DNA from: an uncultured Methanosarcinaceae archaeon
Lineage (GTDB): Archaea > Halobacteriota > Methanosarcinia > Methanosarcinales > Methanosarcinaceae
DNA length: 64,000 bases
Assembly: GCA_963847185.1 (NCBI GenBank)
Contig: CAWJYV010000007.1
Coordinates: 128,001 to 192,000, forward strand
Direction of reading: 5' to 3'
Shown here: in pieces, positions 30,607 to 42,591 of the stretch
Layout of the letters: every line of letters starts with the position of its first letter
Position numbering within the stretch: the stretch's first letter is position 1
Position numbers and translations under genes: made by a program
Notes under the pieces: generated by a model
Seen by the model: the letters and a program-made list of their open reading frames with translations, nothing else
Told to the model about the DNA's origin: nothing
Databases searched by the model: none

Positions 30607-31608
30607 TTACTCTATTATAAGGTCTTTAACTCTTATTCCACTTTCTACGATTTTTCCTACGATTTTTCCACCGGTAATCTCTACAGCTTTTGCAGCATCT
30701 TTTTCCGGCAGGATAATTAGAAAGCCCATGCCCATATTGAAGGTTCTGTACATTTCAAGATCTTCGACTCCACCCTCTTTTTGCAGGAATTTGAAAACAT
30801 CCTGGGGTTCGAGAGGATCATAAAAGTCAAAACCCAATTTTGTTACCCTTCTCAATTTCAAAAGCCCACTACCAGTTATGTGAGCAAGCCCATGGACTTC
30901 ACACTCCTTGAGGACGTCAAGAATTTCAATATAAATCCTTGTTGGAGTCAGGAGTTCGTCTCCTATGGTCTTTGAACTGTTATAGGGACAGGGGTCATGG
31001 TAAGAATATTCGGATTCTTCTATGATCTTCCTTACAAGGGTGTAACCGTTGCTGTGGATTCCTGTACTTGGAACACCGACAATCATGTCATCTACCCTGA
31101 CTTTTTCTCCTTCTATTATCTGGTCTTTTTTAACCATTCCAAGGCAGGTACCTGCGAGATCAAAGCCCTTGATTATACCTGGTAGGGTTGCGGTCTCTCC
31201 TCCTACAATGGACATCCTGGAAATTTCAGCCCCTTTTAGCAGCCCTTCCCCTATCTGGGCTGCGAAGCCTTCTTCATGCTTTTCGAGGGCAAGATAATCA
31301 ACAAAAGCTACAGGTTCGGCTCCTATAGCCAGAAGGTCATTGACATTCATCGCAATACAGTCTATTCCTACTGTATTCCATCTTTGCATTTCATTTGCAA
31401 TAAGAACTTTTGAGCCTACCCCGTCCGTTGTCAGAGCAAGGGCATATTCTCCGAAATCCAGGAGGCCTGCATAGTGCCCTATTCCTGTGAGGGGAGATCC
31501 GATACCTTTTCGGACATAACTAAGTTTTTCTATAAGGGTCTTGACGGTTTTTTCTTCCTTTTTAATATCTACACCTGAATCAGCGTATGTTAAGTGCTTT
31601 TCGCTCAA
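30607..31608 (-). CDS. purM: phosphoribosylformylglycinamidine cyclo-ligase
   Basis: TYADSGVD, TDGVGSK, GGETA, HSNGY, HITG and TFNMG motifs. Confidence 0.96.
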   Translation of the reverse strand: MSEKHLTYADSGVDIKKEEKTVKTLIEKLSYVRKGIGSPLTGIGHYAGLLDFGEYALALTTDGVGSKVLIANEMQRWNTVGIDCIAMNVNDLLAIGAEPVAFVDYLALEKHEEGFAAQIGEGLLKGAEISRMSIVGGETATLPGIIKGFDLAGTCLGMVKKDQIIEGEKVRVDDMIVGVPSTGIHSNGYTLVRKIIEESEYSYHDPCPYNSSKTIGDELLTPTRIYIEILDVLKECEVHGLAHITGSGLLKLRRVTKLGFDFYDPLEPQDVFKFLQKEGGVEDLEMYRTFNMGMGFLIILPEKDAAKAVEITGGKIVGKIVESGIRVKDLIIE

Positions 31609-31637
31609 CTCTCTACCCCTTCCTGCCAACTTTATAA

Positions 31638-33050
31638 TTATTCTCTAATTCCATTTCCGTTATATAATTCAAATTCATCATGCAGGGTCTTGACCGCAGC
31701 AAATGCATCATCTTGACTTACCACGAAAGAAATATTATACTGGGAAGATCCCTGGCTGATCATGATAATGTTAATCATTGAGTTTCCAAGCGCTCCAAAT
31801 ACCCGCTTTGCTACGCCTGGCGTTCCTGCCATGCCTGCACCCACGACTGCAACCACACAGACATTTCTATCTGAAGTGATTTCTTTTACTATATTACGAT
31901 TAAACTCAGCATGGAGAGCATTTAATGCAGGTTCCACATGTGCTTCACTGACCACGAAAGATATGTTGGACTCGGAAGATCCCTGACTGATCATAACAAC
32001 GTTTACTCCGGCCTTAGCAAGAGATGTAAAGAGTCTTGCTACAGTCCCTACTGCCCCTGCCATCTCGGCACCCGCAACATTAATCAGGGCCACGTTTTTA
32101 ATCAGGCTTACTGCTTTTACAACATGCCTGCACTGGAACTTCTCTGCTACAACCAGTGTACCCGGGAACTCCGGATCAAAAGTGTTTTTTACGCGTACAG
32201 GGATATGCTCGCGCATTGCAGGTTCAATTGTGCGAGGATGCAGCACATTTGCCCCAAAGTACGAGAGTTCCATTGCTTCAGCATAGGAAATCTGGGGTAT
32301 TGTTTTTGCCTCTTTCACGATTCTGGGGTCAGTGGTCATGATCCCGTTTACCTCTTTCCAGAGCCAGATTTCATCAACTTTCAGGGCAGCTCCCAGAATT
32401 GAAGCCGTAAAGTCAGATCCGCTTCTTCCCAGGGTAGTAGTAATCCCTTCTTCATTTTCTCCGATGAAACCTGTAACTACAAGAACATGGGACCCGTATT
32501 TGCACCCGAGTCTCTTTTCCACAAGCTCGTAGGTCTTTTGCAGAGGCTTTGCATTTCCATAATCTGATGATGTTACTATTCCTGCTTCTCCACCTGTGTA
32601 TTCGGTTGATGAGATGCCAAGAGAACGGATAGCTCCTGCCACAATTGGAGCAGCAAGGCGTTCTCCATAAGAGGAAATGTAGTCAATAGACCTTGGAGTA
32701 AGCTCGCCCAGATAGCAGATTCCTATCAGGGCTTTTTCGAGCTCGTCAATTCTCAGGTCAAGGATCTGGAGGACTTCTTTTGCAACTACAGGGTTATCAA
32801 TGGAATCCCTGACAGCTTCATGATGTTTGTTTGTAAGTTCTGTTCTAAACTCTTTTACAATGGTGACTTTACCTTTTATTGAGGCAAAGCGCGCATTTTC
32901 CAGAAGCCTATCGGTTACTCCACTGAGTGCCGAGGTCACTACCACGATCTGGTTGCCTTCTTCACGGTACCTTTTCAGAAGTTGGGCAACGTGACGGATC
33001 TTTTTTCCGTCTCCAACGGAAGTTCCTCCAAATTTCATTACAATTTTCAT
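31638..33050 (-). CDS. lysC: aspartate kinase with two ACT domains
   Basis: MKFGGTSV, TTLGRSGSD and TDPR motifs; ISQGSS twice. Confidence 0.94.
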   Translation of the reverse strand: MKIVMKFGGTSVGDGKKIRHVAQLLKRYREEGNQIVVVTSALSGVTDRLLENARFASIKGKVTIVKEFRTELTNKHHEAVRDSIDNPVVAKEVLQILDLRIDELEKALIGICYLGELTPRSIDYISSYGERLAAPIVAGAIRSLGISSTEYTGGEAGIVTSSDYGNAKPLQKTYELVEKRLGCKYGSHVLVVTGFIGENEEGITTTLGRSGSDFTASILGAALKVDEIWLWKEVNGIMTTDPRIVKEAKTIPQISYAEAMELSYFGANVLHPRTIEPAMREHIPVRVKNTFDPEFPGTLVVAEKFQCRHVVKAVSLIKNVALINVAGAEMAGAVGTVARLFTSLAKAGVNVVMISQGSSESNISFVVSEAHVEPALNALHAEFNRNIVKEITSDRNVCVVAVVGAGMAGTPGVAKRVFGALGNSMINIIMISQGSSQYNISFVVSQDDAFAAVKTLHDEFELYNGNGIRE

Positions 33051-33460
33051 GATCAGATCACGTTTGGTATTAACTGGGTTATTCTCACACTGTTCTTTGG
33101 TTTCAAAATGTTAATTTTAATAACTTTGATTTTAATTACCGTTACAATTCTGGATTAATTATCAATTAATTTGAGTATATCTTTATGTCTAACAGTCACT
33201 TCTCAATAAAATCGCTTCTTTTGTAAAGAACGCTTTACTTCGGCTCTTTTGCCATTTTATACGTATTATCTTGAGAACTGTTCTGTATAGGATACAGATA
33301 CTATATTATAATATTTGTGTAAAATAAGTTTAGAAATTAAAGTTCGGACAGTAGGAAAACCTGCTGGCAGATACTCAATTAGTGCCGGTAACTAACGTCT
33401 GTAGAAAACGATATTTTTATCTAAAGATAAATGATTGCAAAGTTGAAAAAAGGTGAAGCA

Positions 33461-34657
33461 ATGAAATATGCCATACTTATAGGAGACGGAATGGCTGATT
33501 ACCCAATAGAAAAGTTGGGTGGCAAGACCATTCTTCAGGCAGCTCGAACTCCTGCTATGGATTACATCGCAGCTCATGGAAAAACCGGACTTGCAAAAAC
33601 TGTACCTGATGGTTTTCCTCCAGGTAGCGATGTTGCAAATATGTCTATTCTCGGGTATGATCCGGCAATTTATTATTCTGGAAGGGCTCCTTTTGAAGCT
33701 GCAAGTATGGGTGTGGCCCTTGCAGCTGATGATGTAGCTTTTAGATGCAATCTCATAACTATTGATCATGGGAGAATAAAAGATTACAGTGCAGGGCATA
33801 TCAGTAGCGAAGAAGCAGAGATTCTTATCAAGACACTTGATTCCGAACTCAGTACTGAGGAATTGAGTTTCTATCCTGGAATCAGTTACAGGCACCTCTT
33901 GGTAGCCAAGAAAAATCTGGGAATTGAAATTAAATGCACTCCACCGCATGATATTACAGGAAAGAGAATTGAGGAGTACCTCCCTGAAGGTAAAGATGGG
34001 AAGTTCTTTTCCGGGTTAATTGAAGCCTCCAAGGTTGTTCTCGAACTGCATCCGGTTAATCTGAAAAGGATTGAGGGCGGTAAGAACCCTGCAAATTCAA
34101 TCTGGGTTTGGGGCCAGGGATATGCCCCAAAATTTACGCCTTTTAGAGAACTTTATGGAAAACGCGGAGCAATCATCTCGGCAGTGGATCTGCTCAAAGG
34201 TATTGGAATTTATGCAGGTCTGGATGTAATTGAAGTTCATGGAGCTACCGGCTATCTGGACACTAACTATGAAGGAAAGGCCAGTGCTGCTATTGAGGCC
34301 CTGAAAACCAGGGATCTTGTCTTTGTTCATGTTGAGGCTCCGGATGAAGCCGGGCACGAGGGAAGTACTGAGAAAAAGCTACAGGCTGTTGAAGATTTCG
34401 ATAGCCGGATAGTAGCCCCAATCCTTCAATATGCCGAAGCTTCAACTGAACCTTTTACAATTCTTATACTGCCTGACCACCCTACTCCTATTTCCTTGAA
34501 GACTCATACGAGAGACCCTATTCCCTTTGCAATCTATAGCACAGACAAAGCCGATCAGGATGAAACTGAGACCTTTGATGAGGAAGCTGTTAAAAAAGGT
34601 TCCATGGGCCTTGTGAAAGCTTCAGACCTTATAAGATTGCTTGTTAAGAATGAATGA
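33461..34657 (+). CDS. apgM: cofactor-independent phosphoglycerate mutase (archaeal ApgM type)
   Basis: [23 protein letters not shown] and PDHPTP...HT motifs. Confidence 0.88.
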   Translation: MKYAILIGDGMADYPIEKLGGKTILQAARTPAMDYIAAHGKTGLAKTVPDGFPPGSDVANMSILGYDPAIYYSGRAPFEAASMGVALAADDVAFRCNLITIDHGRIKDYSAGHISSEEAEILIKTLDSELSTEELSFYPGISYRHLLVAKKNLGIEIKCTPPHDITGKRIEEYLPEGKDGKFFSGLIEASKVVLELHPVNLKRIEGGKNPANSIWVWGQGYAPKFTPFRELYGKRGAIISAVDLLKGIGIYAGLDVIEVHGATGYLDTNYEGKASAAIEALKTRDLVFVHVEAPDEAGHEGSTEKKLQAVEDFDSRIVAPILQYAEASTEPFTILILPDHPTPISLKTHTRDPIPFAIYSTDKADQDETETFDEEAVKKGSMGLVKASDLIRLLVKNE

Positions 34658-34883
34658 CCATTTTTCGGGTAGCTATCTCATTTTCTGTTCAGCCACCCTC
34701 TTAAATTATCCGAAAATCTCTCTGCTTCGGGTTTTCGGAAATTTTTTATTTACTTTTTGAGTTCTTCTTTTTATACTTCTTTTTGGTGAAATTGCCCAAC
34801 AAAACTTATATATCCTTTCTCAATATATTCAAAATAGCACACGAAAGTCTGCAATATAACTTTTCTTTAGGGGGTATTTTAAT

Positions 34884-35348
34884 ATGAAATGGCCTGTCAG
34901 AAGATCATTTTCAGGGCCCACACGCTGGGATCCTTTTGAAGAGATAAGAAGAACGCAGGAGAGACTGAACCAGATGTTTGAAGATTTTATGCCCATGGAA
35001 GAATGGGGCGGTGGCAAAGTATACACTCCTGCTGTTGACATTAAGGAAGAAGAAGATAAACTCGTGGTTACTACCGACCTGCCTGGAATTAATAAAGAGG
35101 ACGTTGAGATTAACCTTAAAGAGGATATGCTGGAGATAAGTGCAAAGAGTGGAAAAGAAAAAGAAACTGAAGAGGAAGGGTACCTTCGTCGGGAAAGAGC
35201 ATATACGCGCTTCTACCGTGCAGTCCGCCTGCCTACCAGTGTTAAGGATGAGGGAAGCACTGCAAAAATGGAAAATGGTGTCCTGACAATAACGCTTCCG
35301 AAGCTAAAACTGGAAGAGCCAGCAAAGAAGATAGCAATTGAAGAGTGA
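34884..35348 (+). CDS. small heat-shock protein Hsp20
   Basis: PAVDI...DLPG and AKMENGVLTITLPK motifs. Confidence 0.93.
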   Translation: MKWPVRRSFSGPTRWDPFEEIRRTQERLNQMFEDFMPMEEWGGGKVYTPAVDIKEEEDKLVVTTDLPGINKEDVEINLKEDMLEISAKSGKEKETEEEGYLRRERAYTRFYRAVRLPTSVKDEGSTAKMENGVLTITLPKLKLEEPAKKIAIEE

Positions 35349-35478
35349 TCTTGCCAGAAAAACAACCTTCACTTCAATCTAAAATGCGAGGAAACCCACA
35401 AATTTTTTGTTTTTGATATTCTCCTATTTAATCTTTGCAGTTACTTCAATCTAAATATTTTTTATTCCTTTATTCTAC

Positions 35479-36474
35479 TTATAACTTGATTCTTTTATTC
35501 GTCTCGGAAACACTCTTTTTATAGTATTCCAAATCGGAGCAGGGCTCTATATGGATTGAAAAATGACCATTTTTACCACAGATTTCCTTTAATCTGTCTT
35601 CGACCTGCGTTGATATTTCGTGCGCATCTACAACATTCAAATCCCTATCTACCTCGATATGGACATCTGCAGCCATGGCGTTTCCAATCTTTCGGGTTTT
35701 AAGTTCATGAAAACCCAATACACCTTCCGTAGATCTCAAAGCTTCCTCAATACTTCTGTAAATATCAGAATCCAGTGAAGCCTCAAGAAGTTCGTTAAGA
35801 TTTTTGTAAGAGATATCAAGTGCCACTTTTAAGATAAAGAAACTCAATATAACGGCCGCTACAGGGTCAAGCACTACCCATCTGCCTCCGAGATAGATCG
35901 CACCTCCTATCCCAATCATGGTCCCCATTGAAGAGAAAGCATCAGATCTATGTTCCCAGGCGTTCGCGATTAGTGCGTCGCTTTGAAGTTTTCTGCCGTG
36001 TACTATTGTGTAGCGGTACAACCACTCTTTTAACACAATTGAAATGATTGCCACAAGAAGAGCGACTTTACTTGGGGCTGGCAATACCTCTCCATTATAA
36101 AAAGCAATAATTTTCTGAAGGCCTCCCCAGAAAATTCCAAAAGCTGCTGCAATAAGCACAAGTCCCGTAAACGCTGCAGCTAAAGTCTCAATTTTCCCGT
36201 GACCGTAATTGTGCGTATCATCTCTTGGTTTTTTAGCAACCTTTAATCCCACAACAACCGCGATATCGGTTATTAAGTCAGATAGAGAGTGAGCTGCATC
36301 GGCAATCATTGCCGTACTATTGCCTACAACTCCCGCCACAAACTTAAAACATGTCAGTAAAGAGTTTAAAACCATTGAAACTTTCGTTACATAGGTAGCT
36401 TTAGAATACCTATAATTCTCCGCCTCATCAGAATCAGAGAGAGTTTTTGTATCCGCACCATTAGCAATACTCAT
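35479..36474 (-). CDS. cation diffusion facilitator (FieF-like)
   Basis: ADAAHSLSD, HNYGHGKIE and HRSD motifs plus C-terminal dimerisation domain. Confidence 0.9.
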   Translation of the reverse strand: MSIANGADTKTLSDSDEAENYRYSKATYVTKVSMVLNSLLTCFKFVAGVVGNSTAMIADAAHSLSDLITDIAVVVGLKVAKKPRDDTHNYGHGKIETLAAAFTGLVLIAAAFGIFWGGLQKIIAFYNGEVLPAPSKVALLVAIISIVLKEWLYRYTIVHGRKLQSDALIANAWEHRSDAFSSMGTMIGIGGAIYLGGRWVVLDPVAAVILSFFILKVALDISYKNLNELLEASLDSDIYRSIEEALRSTEGVLGFHELKTRKIGNAMAADVHIEVDRDLNVVDAHEISTQVEDRLKEICGKNGHFSIHIEPCSDLEYYKKSVSETNKRIKL

Positions 36475-36762
36475 AATTTCTCAGAGTTATTAGTTTATTT
36501 GAATAAATTGAGATATTATGTTCTGATTTTTATATAATCTCAGAAAGAGAACATAAATTAGGTGATCAACAGATATAAAGATTTTCTCTCATTTGTTATG
36601 AAATTTTTCCAGGTCGCTAGTTGTTGCTTTCGGCTTTTTTGATTCAATAATACTGTTTCAAGTTATGATGGTGATTTCCCGTATTTCTTTTGGACTCAAA
36701 TATTCATTTTCCCCTGGTTTTTTATGTTTTTTCATTTTCTTGAAGAGATTTTTTGTTGAGAC

Positions 36763-37209
36763 TCAGCCATAGTGCGGAAATATGTATTTTATTTCTTTGA
36801 CTTTCTCTCCTACTTCTCCTTCGGTTTCATCAGGAAATTCTTTACTTTTCATAGCTTCAGCCTTTGCAACCTCTGGATGCTGTTTTAGAAATTCCATTGA
36901 GTAAGTAGTAGTTTCTTTTGCAGATGATTGAAAGATCTCGTTGATTTCTTCCCTGCTAAACTGCCCGTGATAAAGAAGAAGTTGAGTTACTTTTTCCCTG
37001 GTGGTCTGAGGTTCATTTTCATAATCAAGGGAGTAAAATAGTTTACTTATGACAACTCTTAAACTGCTAGGTCTGCTTTTTTCGTTATCTTTAAACTCAA
37101 AAGGGCTTTTATTTTTTATTTTTTCTATAATTTCGTTCAGGTCATACTGGCTCGTACTTAACACCCCGTATAAGTTTGTTTTACAACCTAAATAAAAACT
37201 CTTCAACAT
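36763..37209 (-). CDS. hypothetical protein
   Basis: 148-aa ORF with protein-like composition in otherwise free space; start uncertain. Confidence 0.55.
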   Translation of the reverse strand: MLKSFYLGCKTNLYGVLSTSQYDLNEIIEKIKNKSPFEFKDNEKSRPSSLRVVISKLFYSLDYENEPQTTREKVTQLLLYHGQFSREEINEIFQSSAKETTTYSMEFLKQHPEVAKAEAMKSKEFPDETEGEVGEKVKEIKYIFPHYG

Positions 37210-37492
37210 AGGAAAAGGAATTATAATCTAAATAAGAAGATAAGAAGAGCGAAAACAACTTAAGGAAAATTGATTTTAAAAGTGCGGCATCAGGAAACTG
37301 TTCTCATCATCTTTTGCTCAGTTGGGGTAACTCTCATCATCGCCGCAAGTTTCAGTATATCGGTGGTCTTATTTATGGTTACTGCCTTTACTGCTGCAAA
37401 TTATCCGTTTACGGGTTGTTTTTCCGTATTTGATAAATTAAATTTGATCGTTCTATTCTCTTACCTATTTCACAGATTTTTGAGGAAGACAC

Positions 37493-38257
37493 TTGAAATT
37501 CGAAGTTATAGCCGTAGAAAATATTCCCCTTATACTAAATGGGGACGACCTGCCATTGATAATCAGCCAGAATATTCAGCTTCAGGATAGGGACATTGTT
37601 ATAGTTGCCTCGACTGTCGTTGCTAAAGCTGAAGGAGAGACCTTCAGGCTCGAAGATATTACTGCTGGAGAAAAGGCGCTTGAAATTGCAGCCCGAATCG
37701 GGAAAGATGCAAGGTTTGTTCAGGCTGTACTGGCCCGGAGCAGGGAAGTCCTTGTTGAAAAGCCTTTTATGCTCGTGACAACTCTTGCCGGGCACACCTG
37801 CGTAAATGCAGGAGTTGATGAATCAAATATTGAAGATGGATTTTTGCTTTATCCTCCGGAGAACCCGGATCTTAGTGCCGCAAGACTCGGAAAAAGGCTT
37901 GAAGCGATGAGTGGAAAAAAGTTGAGTATCATTGTCACGGATACAAACGGAAGGGCTTTCAAGATAGGGCAAACCGGTGCCGCCATAGGAATTTTCAAAA
38001 TAAGGCCTATAAAACGCTGGATTGGAGAAAAAGACCTGTTTGGGAAAGTTCTTGAGATTACAGAAGAGGCAATTGTCGATGAACTTGCGGGTGCTGCAAA
38101 CCTTCTAATGGGAGAAGGAGCTGGAGGAATTCCTGTGGTTGTTATCAGGGGGCTTGATTGTTACTGCGAAGATAATACCTCCATAAAGGAAACGTATCGC
38201 CCTGAAGAACAAGATATAATCAAAAAAGGGCTTCGCTGCCTGCAGAAAAAGGATTGA
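37493..38257 (+). CDS. cofE: coenzyme F420-0:L-glutamate ligase
   Basis: NAGVDESN, TDTNGRAF and DELAGAANLLMGE motifs. Confidence 0.92.
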   Translation: MKFEVIAVENIPLILNGDDLPLIISQNIQLQDRDIVIVASTVVAKAEGETFRLEDITAGEKALEIAARIGKDARFVQAVLARSREVLVEKPFMLVTTLAGHTCVNAGVDESNIEDGFLLYPPENPDLSAARLGKRLEAMSGKKLSIIVTDTNGRAFKIGQTGAAIGIFKIRPIKRWIGEKDLFGKVLEITEEAIVDELAGAANLLMGEGAGGIPVVVIRGLDCYCEDNTSIKETYRPEEQDIIKKGLRCLQKKD

Positions 38258-38413
38258 GTTAACATAAGATATGCTTTAGAGCTCAGGTATTAGTTAAGAA
38301 GTATCTTGAACCTCTGTTTTTAAGAGTTTTATGAATACTGAGATGGTTCAGTCTCTTCCTAGAAGACATAACTTCCGCAACTTAAGTTGGGCTACTGTTA
38401 TTATGAGCGGATA

Positions 38414-38737
38414 TTATGAGCGGATCATAGTTAGAATCATTTTGAATCTCTCTATAGCATGGAGTGAATGGGGATTATTGGCAGGCATTATAATCATGTC
38501 TCCCTTCTCCAGAAAATTCTTATGACCGGAAATAGTGATTTCTGCCTTCCCATCTATTACCTGAACCATAGCATCGAAAGGAGCAGTATGCTCGCTCAGT
38601 CCTTCTCCTTTGTCAAAAGCGAATATGGTCACTGTTCCAGTGCCTTTACGGATGATTTCTTTGCTTACAACGGTTCCATCTTGATATTTAACCAGATCTT
38701 CTACCTTTAGTGTCCTGGCTTTTAATTCTTCAGACAT
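38414..38737 (-). CDS. cupin domain protein
   Basis: FDKGEGLSEHTAP and MPANNPHSL motifs. Confidence 0.88.
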   Translation of the reverse strand: MSEELKARTLKVEDLVKYQDGTVVSKEIIRKGTGTVTIFAFDKGEGLSEHTAPFDAMVQVIDGKAEITISGHKNFLEKGDMIIMPANNPHSLHAIERFKMILTMIRS

Positions 38738-39015
38738 TATCCCACCTCTTACCCCTGTTCCAAACTCGTATGCTTATCCAGGTACTGAAAAATTGTTACA
38801 TGGGCGAAACATACTTATATTTATATTTGTACTATATGCCATTTATTTATCTTCTTTGGATAAATTATCCTCAAAATGAGTTTATATCTTCTTGCATAAA
38901 ACAGATTAATAAAATTAATCAAACCATTTGAATTCTCTTTCTGGAAAATTTCTTCAGCAAGGATAATGCGAAGGACATTTTTAGCACAAAACTGTTAAAT
39001 TCGCAGGTTTAATCT

Positions 39016-39488
39016 TCACCGGAAGTCCTCGTTTTTCAATCCAAAAAGTACATATTCTACTTTTACACCTGCATCCTCGAAGAAATTAAGTGAATCTGTA
39101 TCAGGATAACGGAGTTGCATACACAACTCTTTTATATTTGAGTTAATAATCATTTTCGTGCAGAGAATACAGGGCTGATGTGTACAGTAGATGGTTGCCC
39201 CTGCTATGCTTACTCCATGGATTGCGGCCTGGATGATGGCATTCTGTTCCGATGCACTGCCCTGCATTTTTCATGTCGGGTGCCTGAAGGGATATTTTCA
39301 AGATCTCGGATACATCCGATTTCAAGGCAATGTTCCATACCGCTGGGGGCCCCATTGTATCCGGTTGAGAGGATTCTTTTATCCCGGACTATCACAGCCC
39401 CTACATTGTTTCGAAGACAGGTAGCTCTTTTACCTACCACGAAGGCGATTTCAAGGAAATATTCATCAAGAGAAGGTCTATCTATCAT
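39016..39488 (-). pseudogene. dCMP deaminase (ComEB-like), frameshifted
   Basis: RATC...VGAVIV...TGYNG...CRAVH is split from EQNAI...PCILC by a missing base within HAE (~39251); a further local frame disturbance near 39110-39132. Confidence 0.8.
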
Positions 39489-39918
39489 TATTTTTAATGA
39501 ACAGTAAGAGGTATATATAGCTGTGACGTTACAACTTGTACCGTTTTTAAGAGTTAATTTTAAATCTAATGAATCAAACGGTTTAAAGATAAATTGTCTT
39601 TCGAAGAAGAATTGATATAATTGGTGAGAATAAAAATAGAGAGATTAACTTATTTATAATATTGATTTACTTATATTATTGATTTTATTTGTATTATTGA
39701 TATATCCAGGACATTACCCCCAAAAGCAATCTGAATTGCATTCAGAGTAAATTTCAAAATTCTTAAAAATCTAATTTATAAGTTTATTATAAATTTCGAT
39801 TTTTCTCGATGTTTCTGGGTTCCACATCTGGATTATCCGTCTAGATTATCCATCTGGATGTGAAGAGTTGTTCGGATAAGTTCGATAAAAATAGATTATG
39901 TATCCGGAGTATTAAATT

Positions 39919-40824
39919 ATGGCAACAGGTTTGACCGAACTTTTAGATAACTTCGTGAAAAATCACGATGATCGCCAGTTGCTGGCACTTCCCCTTGCAG
40001 TACTCGCAATTTCTTTAGCAATACTGCTGGTTTCCTATGTGAGTAGCGGGTCGCCGGTAATTCTGGGAATGGAATTCCAGGGTGGTACCCAGATTTCGGT
40101 GGAAACGACTGATTCTCCTGCTACGCTTGAAAAAATGTATTCATCTTACCCCATCAACGATGCCCGACAGGCAGGAAGCAGGGTTGTCATGCAGTTCGGG
40201 GTTATGGATAACGAGCAGCAGGGCCAGCTTGAAAAGGACGTTATGAGCCGATATTCCAATGTGCAGATTCAGCAGGTTGGGCCCATCTACGGTAAGGATC
40301 TACAGGCGCAGGCCCTCAAAGCTCTGGTAATTTCTTTCATAGGGATGGCAATTGTGGTATTTCTGCTCTTCCGTACTTTCATACCTTCCTTTGCAGTGAT
40401 ACTTTCTGCCTTTGCAGATATCATAATTGCAGCTGCTTTCATGAAGGTTGCAGGAGTCGAACTATCCCTTGGAACACTTGCAGCCCTGCTTATGCTTATT
40501 GGTTATTCTGTAGATAGTGACATTCTGCTCACAAATAGAGTAATTAAACGTCGGGGTCCTGTAGAAGAAAAAGTCTCCCGGGCCATGCATACAGGAATTA
40601 CCATGACCACCACAACCCTTGCGGCTCTTGGAGTTATGTACATAGTTTCAACTTTCTCCTACCTGGTCTTCCCCTCATTCTCACAGATTACTCTGCTTTC
40701 ACATATCTCAATCGTGTTGATTGCAGGGCTTTTTGCAGACATGATGAATACCTGGCTCCTAAACACAGCAATTTTACGCTGGTATGTAACGAAGCCCGAA
40801 TTCAAAGGGAGGTATAACAGATGA
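39919..40824 (+). CDS. secF: protein translocase subunit SecF
   Basis: GMEFQGG and IGYSVDSDILL motifs. Confidence 0.93.
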   Translation: MATGLTELLDNFVKNHDDRQLLALPLAVLAISLAILLVSYVSSGSPVILGMEFQGGTQISVETTDSPATLEKMYSSYPINDARQAGSRVVMQFGVMDNEQQGQLEKDVMSRYSNVQIQQVGPIYGKDLQAQALKALVISFIGMAIVVFLLFRTFIPSFAVILSAFADIIIAAAFMKVAGVELSLGTLAALLMLIGYSVDSDILLTNRVIKRRGPVEEKVSRAMHTGITMTTTTLAALGVMYIVSTFSYLVFPSFSQITLLSHISIVLIAGLFADMMNTWLLNTAILRWYVTKPEFKGRYNR

Positions 40825-42522
40825 GCGACAAAAAGAGCCTCTTAAAAAATACACGAGTTATTGTTTTCCTTTTGATCTTTCTTGGCTCTATTGTAGCTAT
40901 CCATCCAGGCTATACCCCAGGAAAAGGGACAACTTCCAACCTGAATTTCGGACTCGATCTGGAAGGTGGATCCTGGCTTCAGATAAAGCTTGAAGGGGCA
41001 CTTGCTCAGATAGACGCAGATTCCGGAAAGCTAGCCAGTGGAATTATTGAGCCTTTAATAGGTGCTCCTATCGAAATAACAAAAAATACCCTTGAAGTTG
41101 GTGGATCTGCTGAGAAATCTATCACCTTTACGACATCCGCTCAAGTTAGCGCATCCCAGCTTGAGTCTCTGGGGGAAGTAAGTGTAGACAAGCTGAGCGG
41201 GAATACAACTCAGGTAACTATCTCCTCCACAAGCAAGGAAGCTCTTATTCAGACTTATCTCTCTAAAGCCCTTGATACGGAAGTAGTTACTATCACTTCC
41301 GAGAGTGGGGTTACCTACGAAATCAGGACTGCAGTCACTGAAGAACAGCTTGATGCCCTACTGGAAAAAGTTGGAGCCACAATTCACAAGAACGAGGATG
41401 GGACTTCAACTTACAAAGAAGGAGTCAGTACTCAGACCAGAGACCTTACAAAGAGTATCCTCAGTGACAAACTTAACTCTCTTGGCCTGAAAGATATTCC
41501 TGTCAGGACTGTAGGGGAAGATTATATCCTTATTGATTTTGCAGGTATTGACCTGGCAAAAGCTAAGGAAATCGCCGAGAAACCCGGAAAGTTCGAGATC
41601 AGGATTCAAACCACTGGAAACGAAACTGAGCATGTGATTTACGGCGATTCCATCGTAAGTGTTGGAGTTCCAACTTTCCATGATGAGCAGTGGCACACTC
41701 CCTTTACCCTGAATGATGACGGAGCCAGGACACTTCAGAAAGTTGCACTTGACACCGGAGCAATTGACAATCCGGATGAACACTATTTGATGATGTACCT
41801 GGATGGAGTTGAGATCTATGGAGCTCCTTTAAGTTATTCTGCAGCCGCCAAACTTCGAGAAGCTCCGATCTATTCCTGGGAAGCTTCCACAGGTACTGAC
41901 GAAACTGCTAAAGAACAAGCTGAGGCCCTTCAGATTCACCTCCGAGCAGGAGCTCTTCCTGTCAATGTGGTACTTGTAGGCTCAGGACATGTGGATGCAG
42001 GTCTCGGATCTCAGTTCAAAACTCAAGCCATGATTGCAGGCTTAATTTCCCTGGTTGCAGTAGCAGCTGTGGTTTTATTTAAGTACAGAAGGCCTGAAAT
42101 TCTGATACCCATGGTTGGGACTTCCACAAGCGAAGTTATTATGATTCTCGGATTCGCTGCACTTATAGGCTGGCAGCTTGACCTGCCGGCAATTGCAGGT
42201 ATCATAGCCTCCATAGGTACTGGAATTGACCACCTTGTAATTATTACAGATGAGGTGCTTTATGAAGGCAAACTTCCCCCAACAAAGGTCTTCCATTCCA
42301 GAATCGGAAAAGCTTTTACAATTATTTTAGGAGCAGCCTCCACAAATATCATTGCTCTGTCTCCTCTGGTTTTAATGGGCTTTCGGTACTTTGAAGGGTT
42401 TTGCTATTACAACTATCGTTGGTGTCCTCATAGGTGTGTTAATTGCAAGGCCGGTTTACGGAGTAGTAATCAAGGAATTCCTTCATGTAGATGAAACTGG
42501 AAATGGAGGTATAACTGAATAA
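40821..42522 (+). CDS. secD: protein translocase subunit SecD (+1 indel near 42381)
   Basis: FGLDLEGG, LRAGALP and IGTGIDHLVIITDE motifs. Removing one T at 42381-42383 restores FGTLKGFAITTIVGVLIGVLIARPVYG...TAA 42520-42522. Confidence 0.92.
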
Positions 42523-42591
42523 ATTTGTAGGGAAAAGACAAATAAAGTTCCTTCAATGTAATATTCAAAAACGAAATATCAAGGTGGAACA

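Noticed and set aside
39826-39862. 13-nt direct repeats (TCTRGATTATCCR) upstream of secF
   Set aside because: Only 2-3 short copies; cannot distinguish an operator from slippage.
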